32,000 nt of DNA. It comes from Promethearchaeia archaeon (GTDB lineage Archaea; Asgardarchaeota; Lokiarchaeia; Sigyniarchaeales; SOKP01). This document shows positions 9,049 through 18,328 of the stretch, in pieces. The notes below the pieces were generated by a model. That model had not been told where the DNA came from and did not search any database. It saw only the letters and a program-made list of their open reading frames with translations. The position numbers and the translations under genes are program-made. Positions within the stretch are counted from its first letter, which is position 1, and the number at the start of each line of letters is the position of its first letter. The stretch spans positions 20,295-52,294 of the forward strand of contig JAWOFX010000075.1 in the NCBI GenBank assembly GCA_046497275.1, read 5' to 3'.

Positions 9049-10326
9049 CTATTTTTCAAGTAATATCTCTTTTTGGCACTGATTTTTAAACAAATATTTG
9101 CTTATTCCATAAAAATTCAAAATTAAAAATACAGTTGCCAGAAAATTGTAAGGAAACCATGGTTTTATTAAATACCAGATTCCCATAAATACTAAATCAA
9201 GAAAAACATAATATATTACTCCCGGTTTTATAAACTTATTTTTAATCTCTGAATCTTCTGGCATATCAAAAATTATTATGATTAACAATGGGAGGATAAT
9301 TAGTAAATGATGGTCCCAAGAATCAAAATAGACAAGAAGCATGATTATAATACCTAAAGTGAGCCCATAAATGAGTGTTTTCTTAACATGATTAGATAAT
9401 AAAACTAATATTAAACCAATTGAACCAAAGAAACTTAATAATACTAGAAGGATTAGTGTTTGATTTACAGGGAGATTGTAAAAAACAAGCATGTTTATGA
9501 TTAATTTTGTTATGCTGAATGAATGTCTAAGCTCTATTATATTTGTTCCAGCAAAATTATTATTCAAAAATCCCTCCCATAATTTTGGATTCACTGCAAA
9601 AAAAATGATATTAGGCAATAAAAATATCGAAATTCCAATTAGTCTTATGATAGATTTCTTTATATTTAGATTGAATTTTCTTTCCTTTATGCTATAATTT
9701 AAAACAATTAAAAAAGGCACAGCAATTAATGTAATTGGCTTTATTGCGGTACTTATTCCTATCAATATACTAGCAAAAAAATCCCATTTAAGAGTATTTT
9801 TCTTAAGTATAAGATAAATTGCCCATAAAATGAGGAAAATTACAATTAAATTATTCTGACCTAAAATATAATTATTGACCTGGGGCGATGCTCCAAGAAA
9901 TAAAGCAAAATATCTAGCCACCCTATCATCGCGTATTTTCTCTTTATTTTTGATTAATTCAATTATTTTATACATAAAATAACAAATCCCTATATTCATG
10001 ATCAAATTGAAAGCCATAAAAGATAAGAATCCGATATTAAAATCTAAGAGAGAAAAAGGTATATAAAATATTGCCGAGAGAGGAAAATACCTAAAGAAAA
10101 ATATATTATTCTCTTTTAAATATAGATTATCGATATCAAATAGCAAACGGTTCCCTGCATTATAAAACACTATAAAATCATTTTGAGAATAAAAAATAGT
10201 TAGGAATAAGATAATTGAGACAATTATATAACCTATTTGTACAAGAATAGCAATTTTAAAAAATGGATACTTCCAGAGGTTTGAAATCTTTTTTCTAAAT
10301 TCTATTAATTTTCCTTCTAAATTCAT
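9049..10326 (-). CDS. GT87/DUF2029-like polytopic glycosyltransferase (GT-C)
   Basis: Contains DFIVFYNAG, FRYFPLSAIFYIPFSLL, GQNNLIVIFL, IKPITLIAVPFL and WDHHLL, with ~10-11 hydrophobic segments. Confidence 0.75.
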   Translation of the reverse strand: MNLEGKLIEFRKKISNLWKYPFFKIAILVQIGYIIVSIILFLTIFYSQNDFIVFYNAGNRLLFDIDNLYLKENNIFFFRYFPLSAIFYIPFSLLDFNIGFLSFMAFNLIMNIGICYFMYKIIELIKNKEKIRDDRVARYFALFLGASPQVNNYILGQNNLIVIFLILWAIYLILKKNTLKWDFFASILIGISTAIKPITLIAVPFLIVLNYSIKERKFNLNIKKSIIRLIGISIFLLPNIIFFAVNPKLWEGFLNNNFAGTNIIELRHSFSITKLIINMLVFYNLPVNQTLILLVLLSFFGSIGLILVLLSNHVKKTLIYGLTLGIIIMLLVYFDSWDHHLLIILPLLIIIIFDMPEDSEIKNKFIKPGVIYYVFLDLVFMGIWYLIKPWFPYNFLATVFLILNFYGISKYLFKNQCQKEILLEK

Positions 10327-10431
10327 ATTTAAAATAAATATTATAAATTGCTATTCTCTAAGCTTATTTCTGTAATTAAATAAATTATATCATAAAATCT
10401 TTTCTAAATCTAATAGAAGCAATGATGAAAC

Positions 10432-12687
10432 TTAAATTACCCAATAGATAGGCTCATCGACGTTATTTATTGTCCGTGTAGAACATATCCTATTGAAATA
10501 ACTCAAATTATAATACATTTCAATTTGCTCTTGTGATATTGATCCAAAATTCTCTAATCCTGAAAAAGAAATAAAATAATCCGTGAGGATCAAATATACA
10601 TCAGTACTATAAGTGCTTTTTAGGACCTGGAAAATATTTTCATTATCCTGAATATGATTCTGTGGTAATAATAACCGCTCAGAAATCGTTATGAAATTAT
10701 GTAATGATTCAGGATCCAAATCAGAATCATTATAAGGAAAATCATAATAATAAAAAAGATATTCCCATAAAAATTCGGTAATAATTACTTTCTTCTCATT
10801 AGTGTATTCAGACATCCAAATTATATTCTGAACTTCATAGTTTTCAATACTATAAGTTCTATAATAATCACGTTCTTCAATAAAAGAGGTAAAAATCGTG
10901 AAGATAACTAAAAGAAGCAAACTCACTTTAACTACATTCTTATTAATTTGATGAGTTTTTATAAGTTTATAAAAGTAAGAAATAAAACCGATAATTATTG
11001 AAACTGAGGAGAATATAAAGATTCTCCCAAAAAAACTGAATCCACCAAAAATTAGATATAACAACAAACTTGCTCCGATAATAAGAAAAAGATTCACAAA
11101 CCATATAAAGAGAAATTTACCTTTCGGCTTTTTCTGAAAGAGAATAAACCCCCAAACTGAAAAAAGAACAAAGATTCCGTCTTGTATAACCACAAGGAAC
11201 GTTGATATAGTAAAATTAAACCATAATATGTTTCCAATTGTGAAAACAATACTTGTACTGATTAATACGCTGAAAATTACCGGAATTACAAATTTCTTCT
11301 CTAAATTATTGTACCACGTATTATGGATTATTTTCTTAAATTTTCCTATTTCAAAATCAATCGACTTCGTAATTATCCGAATAAAAATGAGAAGACAAGG
11401 TATTCCTAATAATAATAACAATATGAACGTTGGATTTGAAATATTATAATAAAATAGAATTCTAGAAAAATGTCCAATAGCAAAATCAATTAAATAAAAA
11501 CCCCCAAAAATACCACATAAAATTAGTAATAAAATCAAATCGCCCCCTCTCTTTCTGTTTTTCAAAAAATATATCAAATAAATCATTGTAAATGAGACGA
11601 TAAAAGACATAGTCACTAATGAATGTGTAAATATTGAGCTAATGAAAAGAATCACGATTAAAATATAGCTTAGTATCAGATCTTTTCTGAATTCTTTATT
11701 TCTTGGAGGACTATCTCTAATAAAATTTTCGGCTCGTCTATAGAGTATATAAAAAATTGTAAGACATTGGAAACTTGCTAAACTGGTTGGCCAAAATTGA
11801 TATTGTAAAAATGAAAAGCCTAAAAAAGACGTCTCTAGTAGAAAGACTCCCATTATGGCAAGATTTCGATTTTTAAATATCTTTCTTAGGAGAGAATAAA
11901 TTATTAATGCCCCTAAAAAGAATGTAAAGAATACAAACAATCTTGGAATTAAGAAAATATCTAAATTAGTGAAATAATGAATAATAAGAGTAAAAATATG
12001 CAATCCAAGGTTCTCAAAATAGAAGTCTAAGGGTAGGGTCTTATTAATATTTATATATTCCAAAATGAATATGTGATACCAAGGATCTGTTCCCATAAAA
12101 AAACTTACTCGAATGATATCAAAAATAGATAATAAGAAAATAAAAAAGAGTAATAATATAATGTTTATTCGTTCTTTTTCCTTCAGATAACTAAAAACGG
12201 AATGACTCTCGGTAAAATTTAATATCTGAGTTTCCTTATTTCTAAATTTAAAAAAAGAAGAATTTTGATTATCCAAATTTAATAAAATTGCTATTAAAAA
12301 TAACATAAAGCTGAATGAGCTAATGAAGGCAAAGAAATAGATTTCATTTAATGGTATATTAATAAAATAACCAAAATATCCCACGAGAATATAAAAGGAC
12401 ATATTACTGACGATCATAAGCATTAATTTTTCGGGAAAATTAAAATTTTTCCGCTCCAATATCATAAAATAAAGAGGGTATGTGGGAAGGACTAAAATAA
12501 TATAAATACCAGAAAACAACAATCCTATTCTATAAAGAACATTAAGAAAAGCAAAATCTTTGGTTAAATTTGAAAAACCTAAAATTCTTGATAATATGAA
12601 TAAAAAAGATATTAAAGATACGATAATAATGAATAAATTTATTCTATATTTGAAATAAATTAATAATTTCCTGAAATTTATTCGCAT
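10432..12687 (-). CDS. Large polytopic membrane protein, putative GT-C-fold glycosyltransferase (paralog B)
   Basis: 751 aa with FMGTDPWYH (similar to the AglB/STT3 loop-1 D-P-[W/Y]-Y-H motif), FWPTSLA, and a C-terminal domain WMSEYTNEKKVIITEFLWEY ending PIYWVI. Confidence 0.6.
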   Translation of the reverse strand: MRINFRKLLIYFKYRINLFIIIVSLISFLFILSRILGFSNLTKDFAFLNVLYRIGLLFSGIYIILVLPTYPLYFMILERKNFNFPEKLMLMIVSNMSFYILVGYFGYFINIPLNEIYFFAFISSFSFMLFLIAILLNLDNQNSSFFKFRNKETQILNFTESHSVFSYLKEKERINIILLLFFIFLLSIFDIIRVSFFMGTDPWYHIFILEYININKTLPLDFYFENLGLHIFTLIIHYFTNLDIFLIPRLFVFFTFFLGALIIYSLLRKIFKNRNLAIMGVFLLETSFLGFSFLQYQFWPTSLASFQCLTIFYILYRRAENFIRDSPPRNKEFRKDLILSYILIVILFISSIFTHSLVTMSFIVSFTMIYLIYFLKNRKRGGDLILLLILCGIFGGFYLIDFAIGHFSRILFYYNISNPTFILLLLLGIPCLLIFIRIITKSIDFEIGKFKKIIHNTWYNNLEKKFVIPVIFSVLISTSIVFTIGNILWFNFTISTFLVVIQDGIFVLFSVWGFILFQKKPKGKFLFIWFVNLFLIIGASLLLYLIFGGFSFFGRIFIFSSVSIIIGFISYFYKLIKTHQINKNVVKVSLLLLVIFTIFTSFIEERDYYRTYSIENYEVQNIIWMSEYTNEKKVIITEFLWEYLFYYYDFPYNDSDLDPESLHNFITISERLLLPQNHIQDNENIFQVLKSTYSTDVYLILTDYFISFSGLENFGSISQEQIEMYYNLSYFNRICSTRTINNVDEPIYWVI

Positions 12688-12995
12688 AATTTCATAAATC
12701 CTCTGTTTTATTCTCTTTTTTGAAAATAGATCACTAATTTTATTTCAAATAATGTATTAAACTATAATATTAAAGACAATTTTTAGAACTTTACTGTTCA
12801 GAATTTATTTGAATGAAATGAAATAATAAATCTAGATAATAATTAAATCAAAATATATACTTAGAACAATATATAACAATAGAATATATTTTTATTTATC
12901 AAAAAAATAAGAATATTAATTTTTCAAAAAAAGTCAATTTCATATAATATAAAAAATAATAATAAGAAAACTCTTAATTAGAAGGCATTTAATTA

Positions 12996-13787
12996 ATGAT
13001 TATAACTGAAACAGATCAACCAAAAAAAAATCAAAAATCATATGATTATAAGCCAGAGATAAACACAGATGTCAGATTCTCTAATATTAAAATAGCACTC
13101 GTCTTACCTGCTTTTAATGAAGAAAAAAATATTGGGTATGTACTTTCAAAAATCTCTCCCTTCTATTCCGAGAATATGGATATAATAGTTGTGGACGACG
13201 GTTCATCTGATAAAACAGTTAAAGTTGCAAAGAATTATGATACTTTAATCCTTTATCACCAAGAAAATAAAGGAAATGGTGCTGCAACAATTACAGGGTT
13301 AAATTTTTGTAAGAATAAGGGCTATGATTTAGCAATTATTCTTGATGCTGACGGACAACATGATCCTAATTTCATACCCTTATTTATAAATACTATTTTG
13401 AACGATAAGGCAGATTTCGTTATTGGAAATCGTTTTAATTATTTTTATGATATGAATCCCATAAAAAAGATATGTTCTAAATTGTTGACAGTCTTCTATT
13501 TCTTTTTATATGGAAAGAAAATTTCAGATCCTTCCAATGGATATAGAGCCCTTTCCAAAAAGATATTACAAGAAAATTCTTTTCAATCACATTATTCAAT
13601 TACTCAAGAAATGTTATTTAAAGTACTCCCTAAGTATAAATGTAAAGAAATTCCCATTCAACTAAAATCTCGAAGAGAGGGAAAATCTTTCATTAAAATT
13701 AAGAAATATTTCGGGATCATGATTTCAAGTTTCTTGAAATTTTATATTTTGGAAAAATTGAACAAAATCTATAATATACTTTTTTAA
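12996..13787 (+). CDS. GT2 glycosyltransferase, DPM1-like polyprenol-phosphate sugar synthase
   Basis: Contains LVLPAFNEE, VDDGSSD, NKGNGAA, LDADGQHDP, VIGNRF and DPSNGYRAL. Confidence 0.85.
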   Translation: MIITETDQPKKNQKSYDYKPEINTDVRFSNIKIALVLPAFNEEKNIGYVLSKISPFYSENMDIIVVDDGSSDKTVKVAKNYDTLILYHQENKGNGAATITGLNFCKNKGYDLAIILDADGQHDPNFIPLFINTILNDKADFVIGNRFNYFYDMNPIKKICSKLLTVFYFFLYGKKISDPSNGYRALSKKILQENSFQSHYSITQEMLFKVLPKYKCKEIPIQLKSRREGKSFIKIKKYFGIMISSFLKFYILEKLNKIYNILF

Positions 13788-13873
13788 AAATCTCGAAAAT
13801 ATTGATGATGGATTAAACGTAAAGATTTTATCCATTCGTGAGAAATAAAATATAAAAACAAATGTATTAAAAA

Positions 13874-14896
13874 ATGGATATTCCCTCTGTTAAAATATCG
13901 ATAATTTTTCCAACCTTCAATGCCGAAAATTTTATTAACAGAAATCTTCGTTCAATCCAAAATCTTTCGAAAGATTTCAATATAGAAGTAGTGATTATTG
14001 ATAATAATTCTACTGATAACACTCTCAATTTAGTTAGGAGCTTTAAATCGAAAGAAATTAAAATAATTAAAAATCGCCAAAATTTTGGGTTCGCGAGAGC
14101 ATGCAATATTGGAGCTAAGAGTGCAACAGGGGAATTTCTGTTTATAACAAACCAAGATGTAGTATTCCCATCAAATTTTTTTCATAAGTGCATAATAGTT
14201 TATCAGAAATTAAATGACGAATCATCTGATGTAGTTCTTTCTCCTGCAGTAGTCTTTCCCGATAAAAATATAAATTATTATGGAGGCAAAGTTCATTATA
14301 CTGGTTTATCTTTTACTCCAGAAATGTATAACAAATTATCTTCCAAAAAAAAAACCTTTAAAACATATAAAGCTTCAGGCTGTTCTATGTTTTTAAAAAA
14401 ACAAACGTTCCTGGATTTAAATGGATTTGATCCTTGTTTTTTTATGTATAAAGAAGATGTGGATTTTTCTTTGAGAGCGCTAAGAAGAGGAATTCCTATT
14501 TACACCACTAATAAGTGCTATTTATATCATCTTAAAGAACACTATTACATTAATGATTTTGTGTATTATTTTTTAGAGAGAAATCGTTTCATTTTAATTT
14601 TTAAACATATTGCTCATCTCTTCAAACTACTACCCTATTTTATAATTTTAGAGCTTGTTTTAATTTTCCAATCCATTACAGAACATAAGTTTACTCTAAG
14701 ATTGAAGGTGTATAAGTTCGTAATGAATAATTTAAAGGAATTACTTATTATGAGGAACGAACCAAATAATAAAATACTTCCAAGATTCGAAAAGCATCAC
14801 CTAAGTCCCCAACTATCTCCAATCCTTTTGGGAAGACTACGAACTAATTCATTTTTTCGATACTTCTTAAGAATATTAAATCTAATTCTTAAATAA
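13874..14896 (+). CDS. GT2 glycosyltransferase (WbbL/RfbF rhamnosyltransferase-like)
   Basis: Contains IDNNSTD, NFGFARACNIG, NQD, SGCSMF and FFMYKEDVDFSLR. Confidence 0.85.
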   Translation: MDIPSVKISIIFPTFNAENFINRNLRSIQNLSKDFNIEVVIIDNNSTDNTLNLVRSFKSKEIKIIKNRQNFGFARACNIGAKSATGEFLFITNQDVVFPSNFFHKCIIVYQKLNDESSDVVLSPAVVFPDKNINYYGGKVHYTGLSFTPEMYNKLSSKKKTFKTYKASGCSMFLKKQTFLDLNGFDPCFFMYKEDVDFSLRALRRGIPIYTTNKCYLYHLKEHYYINDFVYYFLERNRFILIFKHIAHLFKLLPYFIILELVLIFQSITEHKFTLRLKVYKFVMNNLKELLIMRNEPNNKILPRFEKHHLSPQLSPILLGRLRTNSFFRYFLRILNLILK

Positions 14897-14903
14897 TTAG
14901 ATT

Positions 14904-15884
14904 TTAAAACCCTTGGATTCTTTGGGAAAATTTATAATCATCAACAAGAAATTTTTTACAAGATCGATTGGTTCTTCTTCGGATTCCAATTCTAAAACCT
15001 TGCCAAATTGATCTTAGATTTAATTTTACACGATGGATTTTTCCCGCAAAAAAGTTCATTAAGATCACAGATATATCCATAATCAAAAAGAAGTAATAAA
15101 AGATGAGAATCTCGAAAACTTTCGCATGTTTCCAAACGAGAATTTGGGAGTTTCTTGTAAGAAAATGTTGCTTGAATAATGTTTTTTCTGAAGAAAATAT
15201 GCGTGGAATATCATGATAAATTGTAGCAGTTGGCACGTAGTATGATTTAAAGCCTGCTTTTTGAGCTCTGAGGTTCCAATCCGGATCCTCATGATACATT
15301 AAAAAAACTTCATCAATTAAACCAACTTTCTCTATTACTTCCCTCCGTAAAAACATTGCCGTTCCAGGAGCAAACCCGATCTCTTCCACTTCATTATATT
15401 TTTCATCATTAGGATCATATTCTAAATATCCTCTATTAGCGATGACTATACCAGATTTGAAGTCTAAATATGCACCAGTATTCCATAAGATATTTTGATT
15501 ATCATAGATTTTTATTTTCGGCGTAATCATCCCCGCATCTGGATGAGTATCTAAAAATTCCACCATTTTCTCTATAAAATTTTGCTCCACTATGGTGTCA
15601 TAATTTAACAAGCAAATATATTCTCCTTTTGCTTTTTTTATCGCTTTATTGTTTCCTGGTCCAAAATATAGGTTTTTATTGAGTCTAATAAGAGTAATAG
15701 ATAAATTCTGTTTATATTTCATCATATTTGTTTTCAATTTAGTAAAATTTTCAATTTTTGAACCATTATCAACAATTAAAATTTCGAAATTTGAATTGGT
15801 TTGACCCCTTAATGATTCTAGGCAATTTATTACCTTATCACGGCCATTGTAATTTAAAATAATAATACTAACTCTCGGGTCCAT
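14904..15884 (-). CDS. GT2 glycosyltransferase (WbbL-like), paralog 1 of 3
   Basis: Contains IILNYN, VDNGS, NLYFGPGNN, LLNYD, APGTAMF and MYHEDPDWNLR. Confidence 0.87.
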   Translation of the reverse strand: MDPRVSIIILNYNGRDKVINCLESLRGQTNSNFEILIVDNGSKIENFTKLKTNMMKYKQNLSITLIRLNKNLYFGPGNNKAIKKAKGEYICLLNYDTIVEQNFIEKMVEFLDTHPDAGMITPKIKIYDNQNILWNTGAYLDFKSGIVIANRGYLEYDPNDEKYNEVEEIGFAPGTAMFLRREVIEKVGLIDEVFLMYHEDPDWNLRAQKAGFKSYYVPTATIYHDIPRIFSSEKTLFKQHFLTRNSQILVWKHAKVFEILIFYYFFLIMDISVILMNFFAGKIHRVKLNLRSIWQGFRIGIRRRTNRSCKKFLVDDYKFSQRIQGF

Positions 15885-16026
15885 ACAATTCTTTATCTTA
15901 AAAATAATTCCTAAAATAGGAAATTTGCGTTATATTAATAATTTTCTTACTTTATTAATCTGAGAATTAATGAGACAAAATTAATTTTTACGATATATCA
16001 TTCTTATAACACAAAAAGAATAGATT

Positions 16027-17148
16027 ATGGAAAACAATCGACACATTGATGTCTTAAGAGCGTTTGCAATTATTCAAGTATTATTAGTGCATATCTTAAA
16101 TCAATCTTATTTCTCTGATGGTATCTTAATTAAACTGATTTTTGGAAACTTATTCCAAATCGTAAGCTGCGGTGTTCCTTTATTTATTTTCATTTCAGGG
16201 TACACATTGAGCTTAAAATATTGGAAAAAATTCTCACTCCTGGAGTTTTATAAAAAAAGAATTAAAAATGTAGTAATCCCTTACATCTCATTTGCGGTTG
16301 TTTATATAATAATTTATATATTTAGCGTGAAAAATATTAATTTAACAGATCCAACTTTTTTTTATGAAATATTCCTCTACATTCTCTTTCGTCCCGACAA
16401 AATATTTTTCCATTTCTGGTTTATTGGACTCATTATTACCTTCTATTTAATATACCCATTATTAATTAAATTTATAAGGAAATATCAAAATAAAAAATTG
16501 AGAATTTTAATCATTTCAATAATTCTGCAAGCGATTTGGATTCCAATTCGAAATTTATTATTTATTATATTATCATCCATACGGGAGAATTTTCTGATTT
16601 ATAATATATTATTTTCACTCGTGTTTTATTCGGTTCTGTCATATATCTCTTATTTCGTTTTAGGAATATATTTGAGTAGAGTTAAGTTAAAATCACACCA
16701 CTATTGGTTACTGATTTTTCCAATTCTAGTTTTAAGTTTTATTTCCTTTTTATTTACTATTAGATATGGTTACTTCTTAGAAATAATATTTCCTCTAATT
16801 TTCATCCCTTTAATTATTATTTATTTCAAATTAAGTAAAAAAATCAAGAAGATTAAACCTATATTAGTATTATTTGGCAAATATTCTTTCAGTATTTATT
16901 TAATCCACGGTGTTATAAATTTGAAAATGATAGGAATTTTATATAACAATTCTATTACCATTAATAATTGGATTTTTTATCCTCTTTTGTTAATCCTAAC
17001 ATTTTCCATTTCTTATTTCATAGCACTTTCAATCAACCTTATTCCTGGATCCAGATACATAATTGGAAAAGTAAGAGAAGAAAGAATAGTTAATAATTTC
17101 ATCCAAAAATCAATAATTTTTGAATATAAAATTAATAATTTTAAATAG
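16027..17148 (+). CDS. Acyltransferase family 3 (OafA-type) membrane O-acyltransferase
   Basis: Contains IDVLRAFAIIQVLLVH, GVPLFIFISGY, KKRIKNVVIPY, HFWFI and GKYSFSIYLIHG, with ~10 TM segments. Confidence 0.88.
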   Translation: MENNRHIDVLRAFAIIQVLLVHILNQSYFSDGILIKLIFGNLFQIVSCGVPLFIFISGYTLSLKYWKKFSLLEFYKKRIKNVVIPYISFAVVYIIIYIFSVKNINLTDPTFFYEIFLYILFRPDKIFFHFWFIGLIITFYLIYPLLIKFIRKYQNKKLRILIISIILQAIWIPIRNLLFIILSSIRENFLIYNILFSLVFYSVLSYISYFVLGIYLSRVKLKSHHYWLLIFPILVLSFISFLFTIRYGYFLEIIFPLIFIPLIIIYFKLSKKIKKIKPILVLFGKYSFSIYLIHGVINLKMIGILYNNSITINNWIFYPLLLILTFSISYFIALSINLIPGSRYIIGKVREERIVNNFIQKSIIFEYKINNFK

Positions 17149-18265
17149 TTTGGTTTCTTTCTTGTTTCTCTTCAACATATTGGAGATTTCTCACGTAGAT
17201 ATATTCTTTTTTAAGCATTTTTATACATGATCTATTCGTCCTTTTTTTGACTCCAATTATAAAACCTTGCCTTATTGCATACAATAATCGATTAATTTGG
17301 ATTTTTCTTCTATTGAATAATATTATTAAAAAAACTAATTTTAAATAGTTAAAATAAAATATTAACAGATCTATAAAGCTACCAAATTTCCAAACGAGAA
17401 TTTGAGAGTTTCTTTTAAAGAAGTGATCATTAAACAAATTTTTCGAGATTTCTCTCTTCTTCTTAATCGAATTTAAATTTATTGTAAAAGGAGTTTCATG
17501 TAAAAGAATTTTTTTACTTTTAATACTTTTTCTCCAATCTGAATCCCACCAAAATAACATTTTTATATCATCTTTTAGATCTATCGAATGTCTGTGAAAA
17601 ACTATTGTTTTTGGAACATAATAGCTCACAAAACCCTCTTTTTGAGCTCTTAAATTCCAATCAGGATCTTCATGATACATTAAATAGATTTCATCTATTA
17701 ATCCAATTTTTTCAATAACTTCCTTTCTTACAAATAGAGCTGTACCGGGAGCAAAATCAATTTTTTCAGTTTCATTATATTTTTTATCTAATGGATCATA
17801 CTCCAATAAACCTCTGTTTAAAACCACTATTGGTGATCTAAAGTTTAAAAACCCCCCTGCATTCCATATGAATCTCCTATCGTTATTAATCTTAATCTTT
17901 GGCGTGATCATTCCAGCATCAGGATTATTATCAAGAAATTTAACCATTTCTTCAATAAAATTAGAGGATACTATTGTATCATAATTTAAAAGACAAATAT
18001 AATCTCCTCTTGCGTTTTTTATACCTTTATTGCATCCAGGTCCAAAATATAAATTTCTATTAATTCGGATTAGTCTTATTGTTAATTTTTGACTGAGAGG
18101 TATTAACTTTTGCTTCAATTTTCTAAAAGATTCAATGTTAGAACCATTATCAATGACAATTATCTCAAAATTTTTAAAAGTCTGTTTTTCTAAGGATTTT
18201 ACACATTTAATGGTATATTTATAATTATTATAATTTAAAATAATGACAGAAGCTTTTACCTTCAT
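17141..18265 (-). CDS. GT2 glycosyltransferase (WbbL-like), paralog 2 of 3, with ~40-aa insertion
   Basis: Contains IILNYN, IDNGS, NLYFGPGCN, LLNYD and MYHEDPDWNLR. It has an extra segment between the ED motif and RNSQ. Confidence 0.87.
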   Translation of the reverse strand: MKVKASVIILNYNNYKYTIKCVKSLEKQTFKNFEIIVIDNGSNIESFRKLKQKLIPLSQKLTIRLIRINRNLYFGPGCNKGIKNARGDYICLLNYDTIVSSNFIEEMVKFLDNNPDAGMITPKIKINNDRRFIWNAGGFLNFRSPIVVLNRGLLEYDPLDKKYNETEKIDFAPGTALFVRKEVIEKIGLIDEIYLMYHEDPDWNLRAQKEGFVSYYVPKTIVFHRHSIDLKDDIKMLFWWDSDWRKSIKSKKILLHETPFTINLNSIKKKREISKNLFNDHFFKRNSQILVWKFGSFIDLLIFYFNYLKLVFLIILFNRRKIQINRLLYAIRQGFIIGVKKRTNRSCIKMLKKEYIYVRNLQYVEEKQERNQTI

Positions 18266-18328
18266 ATATATATTATAAAATACTCTTAGTAGTTCTTTAA
18301 TTTTTTTAATTCGAAATAATCTTATGGA

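Noticed and set aside
3453-12687. Calling the large membrane proteins aglB/STT3
   Set aside because: They have no WWDYG motif and no clear TIXE or DK motif, so only a distant GT-C relationship is arguable.
14345-14354. A10 run inside a GT2 gene (also A9 runs at 13022-13030 and 22642-22650) as phase-variation tracts
   Set aside because: A rough expectation in DNA this AT-rich gives about one to two such runs per window by chance. They encode poly-Lys and the frames are intact. Read-level length variation would be needed.
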